Shown here one piece after another: positions 17,533 to 24,671 of a DNA stretch of 28,939 nt. Source of the DNA: a virus (taxonomy: Duplodnaviria > Caudoviricetes); the IMG/VR virus record IMGVR_UViG_3300017565_000338, positions 1-28,939 of that record; one strand, 5' to 3'. The number at the start of each line of letters is the position of its first letter. The first letter of the stretch is position 1. Both the position numbers and the translations under genes were made by a program. A model generated the notes under the pieces. It did not search any database. It saw only the letters and a program-made list of their open reading frames with translations, and was not told the DNA's origin.

Positions 17533-18126
17533 TTAGCCTCGTCCAAAGCGTCTTCTCTGACGTTTGATGAATTGCGCCAGAGAATTTTCAGAATCATCTA
17601 AAGGCTTCAATAAAACATCGTGACCACCGTTCCCGAACATGCCTTTGACCATGATTTGTTCCCGACGGATACAAAACATCAACCGTTCGACCGCATCCCA
17701 ATCAATGAGTTCGTTCGCCATGATCCAGTCACGAATTTCGTCGCCGGTATTACGTCCATAGGTACGAGCTGTCTCAATGTCTTCAAGAAAATTCAGAAGA
17801 GTGGTCACCCCGACTTCGTGGAAGGTCGTTCCGACTAACACGGATGGCTGCGATCCATCAAGAGTTTTCTTAGGGGCGCATTCCGCAACACGAGCGACAT
17901 CCCCATCTGCGAGAACGATTTGCTCCTGCGCGCCTAAAACAACTCTTTCGGCTTCATCGTAATCCGCTTCCAGTTCTTCAATGAACTGTTCCTTCGTCTG
18001 CTGATCCTCCTCGTCAACCCCAACAATTTCCCATGTTGAATGACTGCCGAACCGACACATTGATTCGAGCCAGTCTTCTATTTTTTCAGATGAGGTGATG
18101 AACTTTTGAATCTGCTCGTTCGTCAT
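17533..18126 (-). CDS. Acidic hypothetical protein
   Basis: 197-aa ORF coupled to HNH by an ATGA overlap; no recognisable motif. Confidence 0.65.
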   Translation of the reverse strand: MTNEQIQKFITSSEKIEDWLESMCRFGSHSTWEIVGVDEEDQQTKEQFIEELEADYDEAERVVLGAQEQIVLADGDVARVAECAPKKTLDGSQPSVLVGTTFHEVGVTTLLNFLEDIETARTYGRNTGDEIRDWIMANELIDWDAVERLMFCIRREQIMVKGMFGNGGHDVLLKPLDDSENSLAQFIKRQRRRFGRG

Positions 18127-18542
18127 GACGAAGTCTTTCTGGACTGATTTTTAACGTGACCGAAACCGCCATCTTCACGGCAGGTTTTCCGGGAATGATG
18201 GCGTGAACAAAGCGTTTGGAGATTGGCCGGATTGCTGAACAATTCCCAATTCCCACGGTGAGGCGTGATGTGATCCACAACATTCCCACCGCACCGAGCC
18301 TGCGGCTTCCCTGACGCAAGGCATTCGGTACAGTGAGGATTCTCAGCCAAGTGAGCCCAACGTAACTGCTTCCATGCTGCAGACTGATACCACGACCGCC
18401 CCGCCTGCTCCGTCCGGCTGGGATGAACCCGACGGGCACGAGTGACTTTCATTCCTCGTGGTGTGATGACTTTGGCTTTGGTTGGCATCTTTGCTGGCCT
18501 ATCTGATGAGGATCCGGTGAGTCTTGATCTGATTCTTGGCAT
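18123..18542 (-). CDS. HNH endonuclease (terminase-associated)
   Basis: WY.SAAWKQLR...NPHCTEC...VVDHITPH.G...NLQTLCSRHHSRKT; the last Cys of the second CxxC is replaced by His. Confidence 0.92.
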   Translation of the reverse strand: MPRIRSRLTGSSSDRPAKMPTKAKVITPRGMKVTRARRVHPSRTEQAGRSWYQSAAWKQLRWAHLAENPHCTECLASGKPQARCGGNVVDHITPHRGNWELFSNPANLQTLCSRHHSRKTCREDGGFGHVKNQSRKTSS

Positions 18543-18690
18543 CTTTCAAATCTTCAGGAGTTCGTGCGGTCGTAGATCGTTGATGCAGACGCTCAGCAGT
18601 CCAGGTGGACCGAATCTCCTCGCATGCCCGAGCAATCTCCTCAGGTGTGGGATCTCCTGGTTGCATGACCCTTGGGGTATCAGATTCCAT
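18499..18690 (-). CDS. Small conserved phage protein (DPTPEEI motif)
   Basis: DPTPEEIARACEEIRSTW, recalled from Planctomycete prophages; AAGGTG RBS. Confidence 0.6.
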   Translation of the reverse strand: MESDTPRVMQPGDPTPEEIARACEEIRSTWTAERLHQRSTTARTPEDLKDAKNQIKTHRILIR

Positions 18691-18753
18691 TTCACCTTGC
18701 TCCTCTCATGAAACACGATTGTTCCCATCTTGAGAGGTGCCGCACGGAGTAGG

Positions 18754-18969
18754 TCAATCGAAATTAGCCTCTTCCGAAAAAAGTTTTTCGACTTGGCTCC
18801 GAACGATCTCAGAAACGCTACGACGTTCAAGCACTGACTTCTTGATCAACATTGCAATCTGATCATGAGTGAATCGGATTGGAAACCGTCGCAATGTTGG
18901 TGCATCACCTGGTTTGCAAAAACGCCCCAGAGAATTCTGTGGTTGTTGATAGCGCGGATCACGCCACAT
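18754..18969 (-). CDS. Ribbon-helix-helix (CopG/Arc-like) DNA-binding protein
   Basis: RRFPIRFT strand, helix, then RRSVSEIVR helix; GGAG RBS. Confidence 0.65.
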   Translation of the reverse strand: MWRDPRYQQPQNSLGRFCKPGDAPTLRRFPIRFTHDQIAMLIKKSVLERRSVSEIVRSQVEKLFSEEANFD

Positions 18970-18984
18970 TTGATCAAACTCCGT

Positions 18985-21852
18985 TTAGAACACTGACTCT
19001 CGGATGGTGGACGCGGTGTGTGCGGTACCAGCGGTATCTGTTCCCTGCTGTTTAATATTTTTATTATTTAGTTTTATTTCTGTGTGATAATTATGTACAT
19101 GATTGTTTTTATTACTAATTTCTTGAATTTTTGGTGACGGGGAAAAAAAGATACCGCTAGACACCGTACATCCCGCATCGACTTCGACGACTCGCCACCT
19201 ATTCACCTTGTTTCGCCCATGTGACCGACATTCCAGTCGTTTGCTTCCGATAACTCTGCCCTTGAACCGTCGCAGTTGGTTCCCGATCTTCCGCACCTCT
19301 TTTGACGTCAGGTCCGAAACTCCGCAGAGTTCGCAGAGAGCCGTTTTCGCTCCCTCTGTTTCCTGACGCTCTTTCTCAATCAGATTTTCAGCGACGCTGA
19401 TGGTCATTCCCCCGTCGATGTAATCACGTCGACGTTTATGGAAGTCCAGAAGCTGAACTAGGTCGGCAGAGGACAACCCTTCGCCTTTCGGATCAATGTC
19501 TGACCAGCAATCGAACAGCATCCGTAGGGCTCCCGCATCCCGGTCTGATGCTTCGGCCAGTTCTTTTCGGGTTCCGCCCGGATCATCCATTCCGATCCAG
19601 ACCAAGCAATTCCGAATCAGGTCGCTCCAACCTTCGAACGATCCCCACGGCTTGAGCCCTGCTTCCGGCCGTCCGGCAACGACGAACGCTCGTAATATTG
19701 TCAGACCGGCCGCAAGTAGCTGCATTCGATTTTCACGGACATGTGCCAGCAACTTCGGATGTCGGAAGTCTGACCGTTCTTCCGGGTTCTCTTCGAGTGA
19801 GTCCAGACGCACGTGACAGACTCGACGGCTCATGTCCCCGGTCAGAACCACGTTGTTGCCAGTCGCAAACCAGACCGCCCGCATTGGCATTTCGACGATT
19901 TCGTTTCCACCGAGACGACGGTCCTTCCATGACGTGCTGGTGAGAACGGCGTCCAGGCTGGCAGAACCGAGTGTCCCGCCAATGTTGTCGATCAAAACCA
20001 GCGGGTCTCCGGCAATCGCCAGTGATGTGATTCGTTTTCGGGTTTCCTCGTCACTCTCCGGATTACTGAGTCGTGGCATCGGTCGACTGGTTGCGATCAG
20101 AGAAATGACGTCGGTCAGCATGCTCTTTCCTGAGCCCCGAATGTTCGCATCCACCAGGAACATTGGAGCCGGTCCGGAGAATGCCCGGCGTGCCAGGATC
20201 GTCAGCAATCCCGCCAGCCAGGCCGACTGGTGAGCCGGTGACGCGAATGGGAAATCCGTGACGATGTCCAGCAAAAGTTCCTTTGCGGCGATGGCATCGA
20301 CCTTAGTGGGCGCGTCGGGGAGTTCCGGCAGATCTCCGTTCGGTGTGAAGAGGAGCCCAGTCGGCTCATCCCAGCCGGGAGTGGTCAGAGTTGTGCCGTC
20401 CGGTCGGAGAACAGGAATTTCGGTGACGCCTGACAGATTTCGAATCTGTGGCCAGAAGCCACGCGAATGGACTGCATTGACAACGAAAGCTGGCGGATGG
20501 CACTGCTGTTCATCTTCTGAATCAGTTTTGAAAAAATAGCAGCGTTCCGTCATTCGCTCCCGTAAATGCCCAGAGGACACTGGGAGAATTCGGGGGGTGC
20601 CTGTAGAACGGGTAATTCCATGGGCATTGGAATTGGACGGCTCCTGAATAACATGAACGAGTTGGCCGCTTCTATGATAGAGATTGGGATCGGATGCAAG
20701 AGCCTGTAATGTCTGTTCGATGACGATGTATTCGTCCGGAATAATCTCGACTCGATTCCGGTGATTCGAATCGTCAAGTGGGGCTTCTTCAACATCCGGA
20801 GTTGCCGCCTCAATCAGAGCCTCCAGTCGTTCCCATGTCCCTCCCTCTGCAATCCAATCCCGAATATCCTTTCCGTGCTTTTCTGCGATTTCTGCAAAGA
20901 GAACCACATTCCTTGCGCTTTTGGCATGAGCCCGCGCAGCATGAATCCACTTGGCTGCTCCAGTCTGTCCTGGCTTGTCTGAATCGCCAATCGCAATGAA
21001 ATGGACGCCCTTGAAAATATGTCCGACTTCTGAGGGCAGGGTGGTTTCATGAGCACCGCAAGCGTTGGTGATGATCGCGACGGATCCCCGCTTGGATTCA
21101 GGACGAATGGCAAGCAATGCCATCAGGTCGCTGAAGCCCTCAACTTTGATGACGACTTTGATTTTTCCGGCTGCGAGAAAATTCAGGTCCTCCCAGTTTG
21201 CCAGTCCAGACGGAGTGCCGACAGCCAGGCGTTTCTGTCTCGTGCCATGAGAGTCTTGAAGCTCTCGTCCGTCTACCGCTTGAAGCACCCATCCCCGATT
21301 TGGAGAGTTTGTGAGCTTTGGGCCATAGAATGGCCACGCGATGGAATAAAACGGCTCTGGTGATTTTTTGGGGTATCGAACCAACCGGCAACCACACTGG
21401 AGCAGGTCATCAAGGCGGACACCCGGATATTTTTTGAGAAAGCCCCGAATCGCCAGAGGATGCAATTTTCCGGCTTCCTCAACCTGTTCTTTGGCGGTTT
21501 CATCCGGTCGCTTGGTTAGTTTGGTTCCAGTTTTCTTCGCAAATTCCTGGAGTGCGGAATACCAATCAAGGTGTGGCCCAAATTTGACCTGGGCATCCCA
21601 GAAGGAAAGAGTCTGTCCGATGCCGCCGGAATCTTTGTAACAGCCGGTTTCGACATTAATGGCGGCTGATGGATTTTGATCTTGGCGGTCGATGGCGAAA
21701 GCGGGAATCCAGCCGGATTCCCTGACAGTCGCATTTTCAGGTATCCTGAGACCGATCGATTTGTATTCGGCGATTACGTCGAGACCAGCAAGAACAGCTT
21801 GCTTGGCTTCTTCGATTTTCGTCCGTGAATCGCTGCGCTTGCGGGAGGCCAT
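18985..21852 (-). CDS. Primase-helicase replication protein (TOPRIM + P-loop NTPase)
   Basis: TOPRIM motifs VEGFSD and GDSD.PG, KDIRDW; Walker A ANIRGSGKS, Walker B VLIDN, ATGNN and D.SRR motifs. Confidence 0.85.
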   Translation of the reverse strand: MASRKRSDSRTKIEEAKQAVLAGLDVIAEYKSIGLRIPENATVRESGWIPAFAIDRQDQNPSAAINVETGCYKDSGGIGQTLSFWDAQVKFGPHLDWYSALQEFAKKTGTKLTKRPDETAKEQVEEAGKLHPLAIRGFLKKYPGVRLDDLLQCGCRLVRYPKKSPEPFYSIAWPFYGPKLTNSPNRGWVLQAVDGRELQDSHGTRQKRLAVGTPSGLANWEDLNFLAAGKIKVVIKVEGFSDLMALLAIRPESKRGSVAIITNACGAHETTLPSEVGHIFKGVHFIAIGDSDKPGQTGAAKWIHAARAHAKSARNVVLFAEIAEKHGKDIRDWIAEGGTWERLEALIEAATPDVEEAPLDDSNHRNRVEIIPDEYIVIEQTLQALASDPNLYHRSGQLVHVIQEPSNSNAHGITRSTGTPRILPVSSGHLRERMTERCYFFKTDSEDEQQCHPPAFVVNAVHSRGFWPQIRNLSGVTEIPVLRPDGTTLTTPGWDEPTGLLFTPNGDLPELPDAPTKVDAIAAKELLLDIVTDFPFASPAHQSAWLAGLLTILARRAFSGPAPMFLVDANIRGSGKSMLTDVISLIATSRPMPRLSNPESDEETRKRITSLAIAGDPLVLIDNIGGTLGSASLDAVLTSTSWKDRRLGGNEIVEMPMRAVWFATGNNVVLTGDMSRRVCHVRLDSLEENPEERSDFRHPKLLAHVRENRMQLLAAGLTILRAFVVAGRPEAGLKPWGSFEGWSDLIRNCLVWIGMDDPGGTRKELAEASDRDAGALRMLFDCWSDIDPKGEGLSSADLVQLLDFHKRRRDYIDGGMTISVAENLIEKERQETEGAKTALCELCGVSDLTSKEVRKIGNQLRRFKGRVIGSKRLECRSHGRNKVNRWRVVEVDAGCTVSSGIFFSPSPKIQEISNKNNHVHNYHTEIKLNNKNIKQQGTDTAGTAHTASTIRESVF
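19011..19177. promoter_or_regulatory. Putative replication origin embedded in the 3' end of the primase-helicase gene
   Basis: GCGGT x3 at 19013, 19022 and 19031; very AT-rich core about 19050-19150; oppositely oriented TACCGC/CACCGT/CCCGCA at 19152, 19162 and 19172. Confidence 0.55.
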
Positions 21853-21853
21853 A

Positions 21854-22081
21854 TTACTGGTCCTCCACCAAACAATGAATCGATGCGATGGAGGTGCACG
21901 GTATTATGACCTCAGTACGATAATTACCGTTTTCTGGAGATTTGGGCAGTTTTCCTCGCACCCATCCCGGATTCAGCCCTTCCGAAAAATCGATTTCGGT
22001 ACAGCGCAACACATCACCATTGGTGAGCTGGATAAGCAAGTATTTCGACCTCTTATTGTTCCAATTGTCCGGTAGCATCAT
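21854..22081 (-). CDS. Small hypothetical protein, possibly Sm/SH3-like beta fold
   Basis: 75 aa; LIQLTNGDVL...EVIIPCTSIASI pattern; strong AAGGGAG RBS. Confidence 0.6.
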   Translation of the reverse strand: MMLPDNWNNKRSKYLLIQLTNGDVLRCTEIDFSEGLNPGWVRGKLPKSPENGNYRTEVIIPCTSIASIHCLVEDQ

Positions 22082-22109
22082 AACTCTCTCCCTTGTTAGA
22101 CATTAGGAA

Positions 22110-22424
22110 TCAAAGCAATCCGTCAGCGCGAAGAGCGTCATCGTCGACATCTTCCGGCTTATTCTCACGAGCAAACACTGCATCAGTCTGATCCTGAACA
22201 AATTGTAAAAATGCCTCCTCGGTTACGAGCCAAATTCCGCCGTGAAATACTGCGTTCAACTTAACGGTACCACCCCGAAGGCCCCGGCGGCACCATCGCC
22301 ACACGGTCGCGGGTGATGGCCTGTGTCCGCTAAATCGATAAGCAATCGTGGCAACCGGTTCAAATCGTCCTTCAAGAGGTTTGGAAAGGGGAGAACGTGA
22401 GGTCTGAGTGTCAATAGTTTTCAT
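22110..22424 (-). CDS. DUF1580-like HTH protein (excisionase/Cro-like)
   Basis: RPSPATVWRWCRRGLRG..VKL.AV..GG.W.VTEEAF..F and C-terminal L.ADGL; first gene of the leftward early operon. Confidence 0.85.
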   Translation of the reverse strand: MKTIDTQTSRSPLSKPLEGRFEPVATIAYRFSGHRPSPATVWRWCRRGLRGGTVKLNAVFHGGIWLVTEEAFLQFVQDQTDAVFARENKPEDVDDDALRADGLL

Positions 22425-22700
22425 TTTCAATCCATATATCTGAGATGTTTAACAAATTGGAGTTCATAGACACGGTGTGTTTATGATTGCAATGCACACA
22501 GAAATGACAAGCCTAAGTGCATACACGTATTTGCTTCGAATAAATGCGAAAAACAATGAATTAATACGATGTTAAAAATAGCATTAAAATCAAATCACTA
22601 TAGCTAATCATAGCTACGCATCGCTGAGCGTGTCTGAGGTATAGCTGTTTATTGCTGAAACGCATGGATCAGAATTTTGAAAGATTTTTGAAATTTTTGG

Positions 22701-22789
22701 TTGACCGTGTTCCACTTGACGAGGGGGCGTTGAATTGACAAACTGACGCTGTCAAAAGTCCCCTCTGTCAAAGGGGCAGGTTGCGTCAA
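22701..22789. repeat. Nested imperfect inverted repeat built from three TTGAC and three GTCAA motifs
   Basis: TTGAC at 22701, 22716 and 22735; GTCAA at 22751, 22767 and 22785. GAGGGGGC pairs with GTCCCCTC and TGTTCC with GGGGCA. Confidence 0.65.
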
Positions 22790-22807
22790 AACAATGGTTG
22801 AAAACGA

Positions 22808-22971
22808 GAGTCCCGGCAGCGGGACCGATGCGTCTGCATGTACGAAAGTCGTGCGGCGGCGGCTCAACCCCGCCGTGACAACGCTTCCGGTATCGCTGTC
22901 GGGACTTCCTTTTGCGCCTGCCGCAATGGAAGCCCGACGCCCGGGACTCATAGCGAACGAAAGGGTTCGCT
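22808..22971 (+). ncRNA. Highly structured RNA, candidate C4 / P4-CI-like regulatory RNA or cis-leader
   Basis: GAGTCCCGG/CCGGGACTC closing stem; CAGCGGGACCG/CGGTATCGCTG stem; GAAA-tetraloop hairpin; CGGCGG/CCGCCG hairpin; long TCGGG-CTTCC-TTGCG hairpin; AGCGAAC/GTTCGCT hairpin at the RBS. Several G-U pairs favour the + strand. Confidence 0.6.
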
Positions 22972-22972
22972 C

Positions 22973-23266
22973 ATGGAAAAAGCCTTCAATTTTCCTGCTC
23001 AGAAATCGCAGAGCGTTCTTGCACCACCAGACGGGATCGATCCTCAGCGCTGGTACGATTCGACTCAGTTCTGCGACCGAATGGACATTGCCAATAAGCG
23101 GCGGTATCGGTTGCTTGCGGAACTGCGTCATTGCAAAGAGGCCATTCCCAATGGACACAGCTTCGCAGCTCAAGGGGCGGTGCTGTTAAAGCTCTGGAGA
23201 TTGGTCGAGAAGGGGGATGCTCTGCCAGCTAACGCCTTTGTGTTGCCGGGAGGTTCCCGTGAATAA
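22973..23266 (+). CDS. Small HTH-like protein, tandem paralog 1
   Basis: ATG 22973; GIDPQRWYDSTQFCDRMDI...ELRH...AI.NGHSF.A.G core shared with the next two genes. Confidence 0.75.
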   Translation: MEKAFNFPAQKSQSVLAPPDGIDPQRWYDSTQFCDRMDIANKRRYRLLAELRHCKEAIPNGHSFAAQGAVLLKLWRLVEKGDALPANAFVLPGGSRE

Positions 23267-23531
23267 CGAAAAACACAACAGCCCACCAAATGGGATCAAT
23301 CCGGCTTGCTGGTATGACACGAACTGTTTTTGTGAGTGCTTGAGGATCGCCCGGGATGTGAGATTCAAACTTCAGAACGAATTACGTCACCATCCAGACG
23401 CGATTTTCAATGGGCATAGCTTCATTGCGACGGGTTCACTGATGTTGCAGGTTCTTCAGGCAATCCGCCAGACCAGCGGACACAGGATGAAGCCGAGGAA
23501 CATTTTGGTGAGGAAGGGAGATCGGAAATGA
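23259..23531 (+). CDS. Small HTH-like protein, tandem paralog 2
   Basis: GTG 23259 with GGAGG RBS; GINPACWYDTNCFCECLRI...QNELRH..AIFNGHSFIA.GS. Confidence 0.75.
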   Translation: MNNEKHNSPPNGINPACWYDTNCFCECLRIARDVRFKLQNELRHHPDAIFNGHSFIATGSLMLQVLQAIRQTSGHRMKPRNILVRKGDRK

Positions 23532-23772
23532 GCAAGGCTGAAAAATCCGGTTCCGTCATGGACTACACCACCGGCATTGATCCCCATCGGTGGTATGACA
23601 CCAATGGATTCTGTGAGTGCTTGGGAATTGCCAGACATGCTCGCTTGTCGCTCCAGAATGAGTTGCGACACTACAAGGATGCGATTTCGAACGGTCACAG
23701 TTTCATCGCTGAAGGGTCTGTGCTTCTAAGTATTCTCAGGGCTATCCAGCAGAAGGGAGATCGGAAATGAGC
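23513..23772 (+). repeat. 21-bp perfect direct repeat GAAGGGAGATCGGAAATGAGC at 23513-23533 and 23752-23772
   Basis: Identical copies flank paralog 3. Each contains an RBS and the ATGA stop/start overlap. Confidence 0.9.
23528..23770 (+). CDS. Small HTH-like protein, tandem paralog 3
   Basis: GIDPHRWYDTNGFCECLGI...QNELRH..AISNGHSFIAEGS; ATGA-coupled. Confidence 0.8.
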   Translation: MSKAEKSGSVMDYTTGIDPHRWYDTNGFCECLGIARHARLSLQNELRHYKDAISNGHSFIAEGSVLLSILRAIQQKGDRK

Positions 23773-24033
23773 CGAATTGAAGTTCCTGAAATCTCAATAC
23801 CGTTTGAACATCGTTGCTGGCGTAGTTCGATTGAATTGGCTCTCAACTGGAATTGTTCAGAAGCCGAACGCCAGGCGTGGTATCGACTTCTCGATCGACA
23901 ACTGGAAAAGAGTGAAAACATCCAGTTTGCTCCTGCTGGAAGGCATTGGATCTTTGCTGATGAGTCAGTCGCCATGGAAACCTACATCCAGAGCCAACTT
24001 GAGCACAAGAATGCCCGTTCAAGAAAGCACTGA
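23767..24033 (+). CDS. Hypothetical protein, possibly a diverged fourth paralog
   Basis: ATGA-coupled with GGGAG RBS; weak similarity (W..S.EL, AGRHWIFADESV vs NGHSFIAEGSV). Confidence 0.65.
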   Translation: MSRIEVPEISIPFEHRCWRSSIELALNWNCSEAERQAWYRLLDRQLEKSENIQFAPAGRHWIFADESVAMETYIQSQLEHKNARSRKH

Positions 24034-24137
24034 GATGGCAATTCTGAATGTTTTGTGAACAGTCGACACTTTTTAGTTGCCCGGTTTCATATACGCTGAA
24101 CGAGAAGCAGTAACAGAACCGAAGGCATAGTCTGGAG

Positions 24138-24464
24138 ATGAGAACAGTGCTTAAAATTAACACTAATAATATTGATTGGGAGCTGGTTTACCGTTCGTTG
24201 ATTGAATCGATTCGGACAAACAGCGGATATGGATTCCACAACGCGAACCAAGGTCATACAGCCTATATTTTAGGGGCTATTGAAGGCGAACCCAGTCATT
24301 CGGCTGGTCATGCCGAAATGCCCGAGAAGAACTCCCTTTACCAAACACTCAAAGAGATCTGCGAAAATGGTAATGTGCCGAGAGACTTACCGAGAATCGA
24401 CAACTGGAAGGCGTTTTGCGAATTGGCGGTAGAGAGTCACCGACGCGCCAATTCGCTTTCCTGA
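24138..24464 (+). CDS. Hypothetical protein
   Basis: 108-aa ORF with ATG start, followed by a terminator. Confidence 0.6.
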   Translation: MRTVLKINTNNIDWELVYRSLIESIRTNSGYGFHNANQGHTAYILGAIEGEPSHSAGHAEMPEKNSLYQTLKEICENGNVPRDLPRIDNWKAFCELAVESHRRANSLS

Positions 24465-24502
24465 TCTCCCCGTAGGATAGCCACGCCTGAGCTTTTCTCA
24501 TG

Positions 24503-24532
24503 CTCCGAAAGCAATGCTTCCGGAGTTTTTTT
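24503..24532 (+). terminator. Rho-independent terminator
   Basis: CTCCGAAAGC-AAT-GCTTCCGGAG hairpin followed by T7. Confidence 0.8.
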
Positions 24533-24671
24533 GTTGACTTTAGAGTCTGCCTTTTCCCTCTCCATCCGCCCGTCTTGATTCCGTATACTGACTGAATGTT
24601 TGCGGAGAGTTCAAAGAAATTTCTCAGTCACAACGAGAAACCAAAGCGGAAGTGATGGTCGGACAATCTCC

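Noticed and set aside
22701-22789. TTGACC/TTGACG/TTGACA motifs as sigma70 -35 boxes
   Set aside because: The ones checked have no acceptable -10 hexamer at 17 nt; reinterpreted as an inverted-repeat structure.
22808-22971. tRNA, hammerhead ribozyme or c-di-GMP riboswitch interpretation of the structured element
   Set aside because: No TTC T-loop or CCA arrangement, no CUGAUGA core, no GEMM consensus.
22649-23173. 174-aa minus-strand ORF and 131-aa plus ORF (22794-23189) across the switch region, considered as a hidden repressor
   Set aside because: No HTH pattern. Both overlap the structured RNA and paralog 1, which explain the sequence better.
22973-23772. Paralog repeats as a CRISPR array or DGR template/variable repeats
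   Set aside because: Only two 21-bp copies, 239 nt apart. The units are intact coding paralogs, differences are not visibly adenine-specific, and there is no cas or reverse transcriptase gene in the window.
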